64,000 bases of DNA from Octopus vulgaris (Eukaryota), in contig OX597826.1 of the NCBI GenBank assembly GCA_951406725.2, positions 24,366,001-24,430,000 on the forward strand. Reading direction: 5' to 3'. The translations under genes and the position numbers were made by a program. The notes under the pieces were generated by a model, which ran no database searches, had not been told where the DNA came from, and was given only the letters and a program-made list of their open reading frames with translations. Positions 25,080-37,558 of this stretch are shown piece after piece; position 1 is the stretch's first letter, and each line of letters begins with the position of its first letter.

Positions 25080-27134
25080 AGATGCTTTATTTCACATTGC
25101 TCCAGTTCACTCAGCTGTAGAAATGAGTTGCAATGTCACTCGTGCCAAACTGTATTGACCTTTGCCTTTCCCTTGGATAACATCAGTGGTGTGGATAGGG
25201 GAGGCTGGTATGCATGGGCAACTACTGGTCTTCCATAAACAACCTTACCTTGACTTATACCTCTGAGGGGAACTTTCTAGATGCATCCCATGGTCATTCC
25301 TGACCAAAGGGGCTCTTTACTATTATAACATTGTAAAGGCACATAGCTTAGTGGTTCAGGTGTTGGATTTATGATTGTAAGATGGTGGTTTCAATTCCTG
25401 TACCAGGAAATACATTGTGTTCTGAACAAAACCCTTCATTTCATGTTATTCCAGTCCACTCAGTTAGTAAAAGTGAGTAATCCTGCAATGGACTGGTGTC
25501 CCATCCAGGAAGGAATATGTACGCTAGAGAAACTGTGAAACTGGCCCTGTGTTCCCTACCGAGTAATATGGACTCAGCATCATGACATTCATAGACAGAG
25601 CTCATTCTGTCCATCATTCTATAATCCCCAGCATGTCTAGGGCTTGTCCTCCACACCTCTCTTCTTTCCATGAATGAGTGATGGATGTTGTGGTAGTAGC
25701 ATTGGAACAATATTGATAATGATGATGATGATGATGGTCGTGGTAATATCGTTGTTATAAATGACTGTGGTGGCTGATTCATATTTAGGCCATTTTTTCA
25801 GGTACTTTATGCATTATTTTCCTTAGCAAGGCTCTGTTAACTCAAGATCATCATCATCGTCATTGATTTAATATTCTCTTTTCCATCCTTGTATGGATCA
25901 GGTGGAGTTCATTGAAGCAGATTTTCAATAGCCAGGTGCCCTTCCTGTCACCAACCCTCGCATATTTCCAAGGGATATAATGTTTCCCTTCAGCTGAATA
26001 TGTTTTCACAGGAGACTGGAAACAAACAACACTACCTGTGTGACAGTGGCACTTGCACCTAACATATGATTTCAAGACAAGGAGATACACACCTGCATAC
26101 ACTTATCAGGCTTGGGACTATAGAAAACACTTACCCAAAGTACCATGCAGCAGGACTGGACCTGAAACTACATGGTTGGTAAGCAAACTTCTTACCCACA
26201 CAGCCTTGTCTGTACTTTGCAGTATTTGTTCTAATCCTTTATGTTGTGAGTTCAAATCCTGCCATAATCAACTCTGTCATTCATCTTCTTGGGGTTAAAA
26301 AAAATAAAGTAACAGTCAACATGGTGACCTTGTATCAAGATAAACATTGCATGGCCTTGTAGATGAGGCCCAGTTGGAATTTTTGTCAGATTGGGTAACC
26401 CTTCCCCCTCAAAAGGTCCTTGAATAAGGGTTGTTTAAGGATGGTTAACAAAATACCCATGTTTCCAGAGGTGAATCATTCAAGTTTCAAAAAATCCCTC
26501 CGAAAACATGGCTATGATGCTCCCTCACTCCCCCTGCTCATGATCAGAGATGCACATATTGTCAGCCATTAAGGGACATGCTCAACTGTTTGAGGTCAAG
26601 CAACTGATAAGCAAATCTGTGGTATTGAACAGAATATTTGCTGTAGCCCATCCTTTACACCAAGACAAAACATGTCCATGATAATAACACTTCCTATCAG
26701 TTAAGATCAGAAGCCACGAGAGCCACTGCCCAGTATTGCGTCAGGACAATTATTATTAAATGGCAAGAGTGGATTGGAGCTCTCTAAGAGTAGACTTGTG
26801 AGTCGTAGAAAGGGAATTGGAGAGAGCACTTGCGCTTGGTGTTCAAGATCTTGGACAGTGGGATTTCTTCATTATCCCTTGAGGTCAGCCTATATCAGGA
26901 CAACATTGCTATCATCCCCCAACTTTGTTTTTGTTAACCTTTGTATACTATGTTTATTTCCCTTCCTTTTCGTTGTATACCATGTATACTTTTTCATTTA
27001 TTTATTTATTTAATTCCATTATATGTAACCACACACACACACACTATATGTCTGTTTTGTATTGTCCCCCTTATCGTTTGCCCTGGTGGCAAATAAATGA
27101 AATCATCATCATCATCATCATTATTATTATTGTT

Positions 27135-27368
27135 AGGGCAATGAGCTGACAGAATCATTAACACACCGGGTGAAATGCTTAGTGGTATTTCGTCTGCCGT
27201 TATGTTCTGAGTTCAAATTCTGCCAAGGTCGACTTTACCTTTCATCCTTTTGGGGTCAGTTAAATAAGTACCAGTTACACACTGGTATCAATGTAATCAA
27301 CTTATTCCCTTTGTCCTTGCTTGTCCCCTCTATGTTTAGCCCCTTGTGGGCAATAAATAAATAAATAA

Positions 27369-27403
<35 letters not shown>

Positions 27404-27800
27404 GGTGGCGAGCTGGCAGAATAGTTAGCATGCCTGGTGAAATGCTGAGCAGTATTTCATCTGCCGCTACATTCCAAGTTCAAATTCCACCGAAGTTGAC
27501 TTTGCCTTTTATCCTTTCAGGGTTGAGTAGTGGGGTCGATGTAATCGACTAGTCCCCACCCCCAAAATTTCAGGCCGTGTGCCTAGCTGGCAGAATGGTT
27601 AGCATGCTGGACAAAATGGTTAGAAGCATTTCTTCTGGCTTTACAATGTGATTTCAAATTCCACCAAGGTCGACTTTGCCTTTCATCTTTTGGGGGTCGA
27701 TGAAATAAATACCAGTCAAGTACTGGGGTCAATGTAATCAACTGCTACCTCCCCTCAAAATTGCTGGCCCTGTGTCAAAATTTCAAAGTATCATTATTAT
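27135..27800 (+). mobile_element. Tandem array (3 copies) of SINE group C
   Basis: Same motifs, with an (ATT)n spacer. Confidence 0.82.
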
Positions 27801-27939
27801 TATCATTATCATATATTATTATTATGTTAGTTATTCTCTTGATAAAAGTGATGTCAGGTTGTGATGGTACCATTGCCAATTGATGCTTGTGTTGCTAGCT
27901 TCAGTGCCAGACTGGATGGGTGTGCAGTTTGGCAAAGGT

Positions 27940-28400
27940 GGCGGCGGCGGTGGCTGTGGTGGTAGTGGTGGCACTTTTGAAATGCTTCACATTATACGCC
28001 CATACACTTGCCCACCTCCACCACTGCCACCACCATCATCACAGATTTATCATCATCATTGCTGGCGTAATACTACTGTCAGCCACCACAATCATTTATA
28101 ACAGCAATGCTATCATCATTGTCATCATCATCATCATTATCATCATCATCATCATCATCATCACCACTTCCACCACCATCAGCATCAGCAACATCATTGT
28201 CATCATCATCATCAACAGCAGTATAACGGGGTGGGGGTGCACCATCAACACCATTATCATTAGCATCGTCACCATGAACCTGTCGCCACTCACATCATCA
28301 TCATCATCATCATCATCACAACAATGTTGCCTCTGTCATCATCACCATCATCACCGTCATCATCATCACAATCACCATTGTAACTACAAATATCTCAACA
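27940..28400. repeat. (CAT)n/(CAC)n low-complexity tract
   Basis: Trinucleotide runs that generate spurious poly-I/H/M ORFs. Confidence 0.9.
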
Positions 28401-28679
28401 ACAACTGGGGTTTGAAGAGGGAATAAAGTATAGCTGTTAGCTTACATGTGAAGAATTTTCCATGTTCTCTTGTCTGTGTGTGTACGTGTATGTAGTGTAT
28501 ATGTGTGTGTGTGCATGCATGCGCATGTTTGTGCATGTGTGTGAGTAGTTAATCTTGCAATGTTAACATTTTGCTAATGTTAACATTTCCCATTTGGAAT
28601 TTCTCTTTTATTTTATCAAATTCTATTGTTTTCATTTTTTTTATTTTAGGTTCCTCACCAGAAGCATATATATATACAC

Positions 28680-29046
28680 TCACAAACATATATGTGTGAC
28701 TGTGCGTGTATTTGTATGAGTTGTTACTTTGTTATATATCTCTGTGCGTGTGTATGCGTGTACATGTTTGGGAATGTGCATGTTTATATGTGCGCATGTT
28801 TGAGTATGTGTGTGTTTCTGCGTGTGCTTATATGTGCATGGGTTGCTACTTTGTGTATATGTATATGTTCGATGTGTGTGTGTATGTACAATATACATGT
28901 ATGTATATTATGTATATTGCTGCCATATTGTGTTGGTATGCAAGTGAATACATGTTCATTTGTGAATGCATTGCCTCTTTGTATGTGTATGTGTGTCTAT
29001 GTGTGAATATGATTTGTTAGCTTGTTTTATGTTTCTGTAGAAGTGC

Positions 29047-29102
<56 letters not shown>

Positions 29103-29110
29103 ATACACAA
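28680..29110. repeat. Degenerate (TG)/(TA) microsatellite tract; similar tracts near 7080-7300 and 13760-13960
   Basis: Alternating purine-pyrimidine sequence that generates spurious C/V/Y/M ORFs. Confidence 0.9.
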
Positions 29111-29197
29111 TATCCAGGCAGACACATTTGTATTTGCTTGGAAGGAAACTTCTTAACCACACCTCCATGCCTGTGCCAGATATATATATATACATAC

Positions 29198-29393
29198 AGG
29201 TACAGGAGTGGCTGTGCGGTAAGAAGCTTGCTTACCAACCGCATGGTTCCAGGTTCAGTCCCACTGCATGGCACCTTGGGCAAGTGTCTTCTACTATATC
29301 TATGGGCCAAGCAAAGCCTTGTGAGTGGATTTGGTAGATGGAAACTGAAAGAAGCCCATTTCATATGTGTGTGTGTGTGTGTATATGTATATG

Positions 29394-29436
<43 letters not shown>

Positions 29437-29656
29437 CTGGGTTTGTCCTTCCGCCATCGCTTGACAACTGATGTTGGTGTGTTTATGTCTCTGTAACTTA
29501 GCAATTCAGCAAAAGACACCGATAGAATAAGGACTGGACTTACAAAAAATAAGTCTTTTAGGTGGGGTCGATGAAATAAATACATTGATTTGTTTGACTA
29601 AAGGCAGTCCTCCAGTATGGCCACAGCAAAATGGCTAAAACAAAGAAAAGCAAAGA
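29198..29656 (+). mobile_element. tRNA-derived SINE group B with an internal (TA)/(TG) microsatellite; many copies, e.g. 20285-20672 (-), 31055-31450 (-), 36878-37252 (-), 38835-39240, 39287-39870, 45280-45690 (-), 49995-50340
   Basis: gtggctgtg(t/c)ggtaag..ggttcagtcccactgc..accttgggcaagt..gaaactgaaagaagccc-[microsatellite]-..gactaaaggc..ccagcatggcc recurs on both strands. It is of the kind described as octopus tRNA-SINEs; the exact family is not assignable by eye. Confidence 0.85.
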
Positions 29657-30822
29657 ATATATATATATGTATATATATTTATATATATATGTAGTTTACA
29701 CTTCTGTTAAGGCAATATGAGCTACCGATAGTTTCATGCATTGGAGGCACAAGTTTAAGGCAGGTTTTTATAACATGCCTTGTGTCTCCAAGTTATCTTC
29801 TGGTTTGGAGACACAGTGTATGAAACTGTTAGTAGCTTATATCTTTATATTGCATACATTAAATTATATATATTCATCACAATCTGCTGAGATACATTCA
29901 TGTATGTCAAGATGATTTGCTGGTCTCTCTAAGTGATCTAGTATGTTTCCAAGAACTAGATGTACTGAAGTACAGAATTAGTTAATCAAACTGGCCATAA
30001 CCACAATGAACCATTATTATCGGATTCACACTTATACTCACACATTCTGCTTCAGCCTCCAATGTCTACAGGAAAAGGCGCAATATCACCTCTTGTATAC
30101 TTTTGTGTCTAAAATGTTATTCACGTAAAAAGATTTCTCCACTGATCTCAAAAAGTCTGGTATGAATCAATTTGTGGATTTTATGCAAAGGTCGGATGTA
30201 CTTCTGAAAATTTCGGCTAATTACACAATGTTTTCACAGCTGTGATGCCCTTAGTAACCCGAAGCAGTGAACCACAAAGCCAGAGTGGAACCTGTTACTG
30301 GGGAGCATATAAATACAGAAGTGTGCCCTGTCTGTGTGATGTTATAACCTCCTCCCTCTCTCTCTCTCTCTCTCCTCCTCCTCCTCTCTATAAGCTATCC
30401 TTTGTGGCTGAAATCTTGTGGCAGTATTTCAAATGATTCTTCTGAGTTTGTATCCAGTCCAAGAGCTCATTACCATGTAAGCAGCTCTAAATAACAAAAA
30501 TAACTATCTTCCATTGGGTCTTTGTTACATTCATTCTTCTCCTTCTCTTTCTCACTTTCTCCTTCCCTCCACCTACCTTTCTCCCTCTCTCTCTCTCTTA
30601 AAGGGAATGTATCCAGCTAAATCAAATAATTGTGTAGTGATTAAATAGATTAGATAATTGGGTTGATGTTCAATTTAATAGGAGGAAACATTTTAAGCAG
30701 ACATATTTATTATTTGAACTTTAAACTCATAAAAATCTTACATAAAGAATATCAAATATCTACACGTGTATGTTTGTATGTATATATCTATATCTGTCTG
30801 TCTATCTATCTATCTATCTATC

Positions 30823-30853
<31 letters not shown>

Positions 30854-30877
30854 AATTATAATATATATATATAAACA

Positions 30878-30925
<48 letters not shown>

Positions 30926-31778
30926 TATAATTGTTTAGCAGTAATTTGAAGATAAAGCAAGAAGTATTATCAAGTAAATAAATATTGGGTTAAATAAAGA
31001 CCCTTAGAGAGAAAAAACACTGAAAGGAGATGAACCCACTATGTTTCAATAATTAGACTGTGGCCATGCTGGAGCACCACTTTAAAGGATTTTAGTCAAA
31101 GAAATCACCTCCAGGACTTATTCTTTGTAAGCCTAGTGCTTATTCTATTGATCTCTTTTGCTGAACTGCTAAGTTACAAGGACATAAACACACCAACATC
31201 GGTTGTAAAGTGATAGTGGGGGACAAGCACACACAAAGACACATATAAATATATATACATATATGTATGTGTGTGTGTGTACGTATATGACAGGCTTCTT
31301 TCAGTTTCCATTCACTAACTCCATTCTTAAGGCTTTGGTTGGCTGAGGTTATAGAAGAAGACAGTTACACAAGGTGCCATGCAGAGGGATTGAACCCAAA
31401 ACCATGTAGTTGAGAGGCAAACTTTTTACCACACAGCCATGTCTGTGCCTGTAGATGCAAAAATAAATGAATACCCTCGAAAAATCAATAGGATAGAATG
31501 CATACACATGCACAAATACACACACGCACACTTATATGGTACAAAAATGTAAAAAAAAAACACAAAGATGAGGTAAAAAAAAAAAGCAAACACAGGATGT
31601 ATAAGGATGATGCTCACAAAGATTGGTAGAAGTCTTTAACGTTTCTATAGAAACGATAGATGAGGAAAGGGAAAAGATGGAAATGTTTGAATTAAATGGT
31701 CATAAATTACGAAAGACTAATTCAGATACAAAAACAACAGCAATCCAAGGGACATTTATTGTGAATATTAATTTGATG

Positions 31779-31856
<78 letters not shown>

Positions 31857-32312
31857 CATTTTATTTTGAGATTTCTTGACAGTTGAGAAGGAGCCAGTTT
31901 CTAACGTACATCTAAGGCTCCTTCATTGGAATTTCAACAACATCAACAGGGTATTTTTGTATGTATATATACAGATTGCATGTTTTGTTTTATGTATGTA
32001 TTTTCATGCATATACTTTCATGTCTAGACATGCTCATATATTCTTAAATGATAAAACTTCTGGAAAATTTTACAGATTTTTACAGTAATCTTCAAATCAG
32101 CTTTCTCCTTTCTTGTTTTGGGAAGCCTAATTTCTCAAGATTGGTATTTAAGCAGTGTGTTACATATCCCAGTCCCCCGATAATTACAGATATAAACCTG
32201 AACTTGTAATTTTGATGAAGTAGCTGTAGATTCCTCAATAGTTCAGCTTAAGTATTTTCTTTTTTACTGATGTTCAGCTTCATGTTAACATCCACTGAGC
32301 AGCTGATTTCTA
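31857..32312 (-). mobile_element. R4/Dong-like REL LINE 3' fragment
   Basis: EISCSVDVNMKLNISKKENT*AELLRNLQLLHQNYKFRFISVIIGGLGYV..NLEKLGF; shares the 3' motif tagaaac(c/t)ggctc with the 13-kb copy. Confidence 0.72.
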
Positions 32313-32812
32313 TAAATGTGTATGTATGTACGTATCTACCAACTAATGACATACCAGTACACAACTGCTGCTGCATCATATTTACTTACATAATTTAATT
32401 TATGCAGTTGTTGCCACTGCATGAAAACAATTGTTGTACTTTGCAGTTAAAGCCTGTTCATTCCATCTTATATAAATGTTTATAGATATTGAAAAATACA
32501 GATAAAGAAATAATTTTATCCTCAAATGCAGGATAATGCTAATAATATACCATGAACAGGGTAAACTATCCATATTTTGCAGAAAAATCTGTCAGTGGCC
32601 TAAATATGGCTACTTTATCCTGTTCATGCTATATTATTAGCATTATCCTGTGTTTGAGAATAAAATCATTTCCTTATCTGTATCTTTCAATACTTCTCAA
32701 CACTTTTAAAGCAAACTTTGTCGACTTTCAACTTAAGTTGAATTTAATGTATGATAGCATCTTATAAAGCTAGATTTATATATCCTAAATTTACAGAAGA
32801 ATTTCTCACTGG

Positions 32813-32884
32813 GGCAGTTTAGCTTAATGGTAAAGCACTTGACGTGTAATCACAGGGATGTGAGTTTGAGTCTCATGGCTGACC
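32813..32884 (+). pseudogene. tRNA-like relic, probably Thr(TGT)-derived
   Basis: D arm gctt-aatggta-aagc, loop cgTGTaa, T arm gtgag-tttgagt-ctcat; imperfect acceptor and anticodon stems. Confidence 0.55.
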
Positions 32885-33102
32885 GCCAAGAGATTTATCT
32901 GCAAATTATGGATAGCTTATCCAGTTCATGCTGTATTATTAGGATTATCCTGCGTTTGAAAATAAAATTATTTCCTTATCTGTATCTTTTAATACATCTT
33001 AATGCTTCTAAAGCAAACTTTGTTGACTTTCAACTTAAGTTGAATTTAACGTTTATAGATATATATGTATTCATAAATTTTATATTGTGTTTCTATCTTC
33101 AG

Positions 33103-33253
33103 GTGTTTACTCTGGTTATCAGCATGCATGAGCTAATGATGAGCGAACTCCTGACACTGATGCCCAGTGTTGTGTATGCCAAAGATTCCTCCGTCTTTGT
33201 ACTTCACAAAAGAAGGATGACATCATTAACAGGATCAAAAACACTGTTGCCAG
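33103..33253 (+). CDS. GEMIN5: GEMIN5 exon (151 nt)
   Basis: tcttcag| acceptor and cag|gtaaaa donor. VFTLVISMHELMMSELL.. aligns with recalled QRLVFCLLELL; phase 0-1. Confidence 0.85.
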
Positions 33254-33823
33254 GTAAAATAAATATTACATATATTCATAATTAACGCTAATCCATTGTA
33301 ATCCCTTTCTATTGTTCTTCTTCGTTTTTCTCTTTTATGGTCTTGTGGCAGTCTTGATATTTACTTACTTCATACTTTGTTGGAAATGATGAAGACAGTA
33401 GGCGTGTTTTCAGCTTTTAATTTGCTAATTACTTCTTGATTAATTTACTAATTGCCCCCTACTATTTCAAGATGGAGTTAATGACTTGCCGTGGTTCAAG
33501 ACAAACCACTACCACATTGATCTCACCAGTCTCAGAGGGCTTACTTAACTACAGAGCCATGGTTACCCAAAGCTGAAACAAGAAGAACAAATGATTTTGT
33601 TTGTGGTCATTGTGGCTTTGTAGTATGCAGTGAGGCAGGGCTTGCTTCCACACAGTTGAAAGCAGAAACTTACTCAAGATTGCCAGTCAGCACCATAAAA
33701 CATTTCTTAGATATTAACCAAATGATCAGCTCAAAATCAAAGTAAAGATACCAAGTTGCTGAAACCCTCATCTGTCACTTACACAACAGGGAAGTCCATT
33801 ATATATGCATGCATATACATACT

Positions 33824-33876
<53 letters not shown>

Positions 33877-36800
33877 TTGTGGATTAATAAGAAAGGCAAC
33901 CAATGTTTTCATGCAGTAGCGACCTCCACAATTGTTCAAGTAAACCACTTTGAAATGTTGGTACTCGTTTCCATTTTGGATCAGATGGCATTCTCATCCA
34001 AACTGGAGACAAGTACATTTGTTCAGGATGCTGCCCATGGTTGGGGAGCAAGTTTCTTGACCATATTTAGCTTATAAATTAGCAGCTAAGATTTTAATTT
34101 CAATAACATACTAAGTACCAAATTGAAACATTATAAACATCAACCTGAAACAGAAGAAAGGACTCAGGACTATTGGCGAGGTTCAACAGATGCATAGTTC
34201 AAATCTCTGGTGAAATTTGAATCATGTATCTGATTCTCCTTTTTTTCTGCTCTGTCATATTGATGCTTATAATGTTTAATATGCTTCGTGTTTCTAAGAG
34301 CAAAATGGCGGTGTAGGCTTCCTAGTTAAGGAGGGTCATTATGCCAATAAACACACACACTGGTTTTATTTCACTTTTTTTATTATTATTATTATTAGTG
34401 TTTTGCTTAACCATTAACCTATTAACTAATTAATTGTTTGATCAATCCCTCAATGAACAAGGTTTGCCAGAGTCTTTTCATAATCATTTGTGACTCCATC
34501 AATGATGGACCCTCTCTACCCTAGACCTTGCTGATCAACTGATTGACCAAATGATTACTCAAACAATCAGCTGGTGAATTGGTTAAGTGGTTAATTAATT
34601 AACTAATAATCATAATAATAAAAGAAGTGAAATAAACTTAGTGTGCATTTATTTATTGGCACATTGACCCTCCCAAGATTTCTTTTAACACACAAGTTCA
34701 CATAATGTTGTTGCTCAAATGGGAAAAAGAAATATCCAATATGTTTTTGTGAACAAATCAGATGGCTCAGTGCAAGCCTTGCCTGCTTGTGTATGTAATG
34801 CATAGAACCATGGATTAGAATTCAATAAATTCTGGAACATAATAAATGATAGGCACAGGTGTCACTGTGTGAAAAGAAGCTTACGTCCTGACCACATGGT
34901 TCTGGGTTCGTTCCTACTGCATGGTATCTGGAGCTAATGTCTTTTACTATAGCCTTGGGCCCACCAATGCTTTGGGAGTGAACTTAATAGACAAAACCTA
35001 AAAGAAGTCCATCATGTATATGTATCTTTCTGTCTGTCTGTCCATCCCCCCACAGCTTGGCAACCAGCACGTGTGTGTGTGTGTACACACACACACACAT
35101 ATATATTTTTCATTTTGTGAGTTTGTGTGTTTAAGCATATTTTGTTTTGTCTGGGGAGAGTCATGGAGAGTCATTCTCTTTTAGTGCCTTATTATTTAAC
35201 ACACTCACTGGTAAAGTTTCCACTCATTTACTTATTTATTTTTCCTAAAATTTTCATTGCTTCTTGCCACCTTTTCAGTAGTCATTGACTCTGTCCGTTA
35301 AATAATAAAACACTAAAAGAGAATGACTCTCCCCAAACACAACAAAATACACACACACACATGTGAATGCATCTACATATAATGCACTGGGGTGCATCAA
35401 AATGTACCCATGCCAGCAACCGACAGAATAAGTACCAGGCTTTATAAAAATAAATACTGGGGTCAATTCCTTTGCCTAAAACCCTACCCTTCAAGGCTGG
35501 GCACTGTCTAATGACTAAAACGTGTGAAGAATAAGATAGATTAAGCTATAGGAATAAAGAATTGTGAAATGAAAACTTCATAGTTATCATTATTACAATG
35601 TTTCTATTAATTATCCAGAGCAATTAAGAAGCATTAAGAATGCTGCTGTCAACAGCTTTGTAATTTAAAGGGTTCAGAGTTTTAAGTGTTTGAGAAATGG
35701 GCTCATGGTGTGATTAGTTATGTCTTACACGTGGCAGTCATTTAAAATGGCCTGTAAATCATTGGATATTATCATCACCATCATCAGTAGCAGCATCACC
35801 AACACCATCCTTGCCACCATCATTATTTAACATCCATTTCCTTGTTGGCATGGGTTGGTTAGTTTGACAGTATCCAGCTAAGCCGCTGCCCTCCATATCG
35901 CACCCCTTCCCCACTCTGTGAAGGGATTTTGTCTTGCATGTTACACAGTGACCTCACTGGTCACAAAAAAGGCACTCCGTACACTCTGTAAGGTTGCTGG
36001 GGTTAGGAAAGACATCCAGACATAGAAACCTTGCCAGGCAGACACTGGTGGCAACACAGCCCTCTGGCTAGTCAGATCCTGTTGAACCATCCAGACTATG
36101 CCAACTGACATTAAATGATGTTGTTGTTTAACCCCAGGACAGTGAACCAAGGTATTTTCGTCATTATTCTCTTGTCTTTTTAGACACAGTCTTTCTAAGG
36201 CTTTATTATTCAATCTATCTTTCATATTCTTTTTCCAAGACAGCAGGGTGAGTTTTATGGCCAAGATTTGTCCCACGGCTAGGAATAATACACGATTGTT
36301 GCACTTGTGATCTTTCCAGGGGAAAATTTACTTCTCATTTTCATAACGGTAAAGATACCAGAAATAAGTGGTTCTGTGAATTGCTTTGATTTAGGGATTA
36401 AAAAATGGTTCACTGCTTCTCTTGAGACTATAAGAAAGATTTAATTTTATGTTCCACTAACATAGAGGTGCAGGTATGGCTGTGTGGTTAGAAGTTCATT
36501 TTGCAGCCATGGGTTTCAGGTTCACTTGCCCAAGATGCGCTGCATCTTGGGCAGGTGTCTCTAACTACAGCCCCAGGCCAACCAATACCTTACAAGTGAA
36601 TTTTGTGGGAGGAAACTGCATGAAGCCCATTTCATGTATTTGTGAAAGTCAACATGTATTGGCTTCACTTGAGCGAAACAGTGATATGTTTTGCTACATG
36701 TTGACATTATTATCAATCACTTTGCACTTTTGATTAAGAAACCTCTTATCTGGAAAACAGTGAATAGTTGGTGACAGGAAGAACACCCATCTGTAAGATT

Positions 36801-37355
36801 CAGCCACAAATGCATTCTTCTCCAGCCCATACTAATTTGAGAAAATGGATGTTTTAATGTATGGAATAAACTCTCTCTCTTTTACTTGTTTCAGTCATTT
36901 GACTGTGGCCATGCTGGAGCACCGCCTTTAGTCGAGCAAATCAACCCCAGGACTTATTCTTTCTAAGCCTAGTAATTATTCTATTGGTCTCTTTTGCCGA
37001 ACCACTAAGTTACGGGGACATAAACACGCCAGCATCGGTTAAGCGATGTTGGAGGGATAAACACAGACACACACACACATATATATACGACGAGCTTCTT
37101 TCAGTTTCCGTCTACCAAATCTACTCACAAGGCTTTGGTCAGCTCGAGGCTATAGTAGAAGCCACTTGCCCAAGGTGCCACGCAGTGGGACTGAACCTAG
37201 ACCTATTTGGTTGGTAAGCAAGCTACTTACCACACAGCCACTCCTGCGCCTATGGAATAAACTAATTAATATTTTTTTTTTATAACTTGTGCATTTGAGG
37301 GTAGAGTTGTATTTTTTATTTTTAAAATATCTTTTATTTTTATTTTGCATTTCAG

Positions 37356-37558
37356 ATTTCATCCTGGATAGCAATGATATTGATCCCCTGTGCCCTTGGA
37401 AGCCATACCTCATCAATAAACACACATTCTTCAATCATGTACTGCGTTCTTGGCACCAATGTCTGGACGTCGATCTTGAAAGCAGCAGTGTGGAAGATAT
37501 GTACAAGATTTTCAACACTCTTATATCTGGCAGACAAAGTTTTGTCAATATTGATCAG
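37356..37558 (+). CDS. GEMIN5: GEMIN5 exon (203 nt)
   Basis: tttcag| acceptor and cag|gtaaaa donor; phase 1-0; open frame DFILDSNDIDPLCPWKPY..NIDQ. Confidence 0.85.

Noticed and set aside
27920-28426. 168-aa poly-I/H ORF
   Set aside because: Translation of (CAT)n low-complexity sequence.
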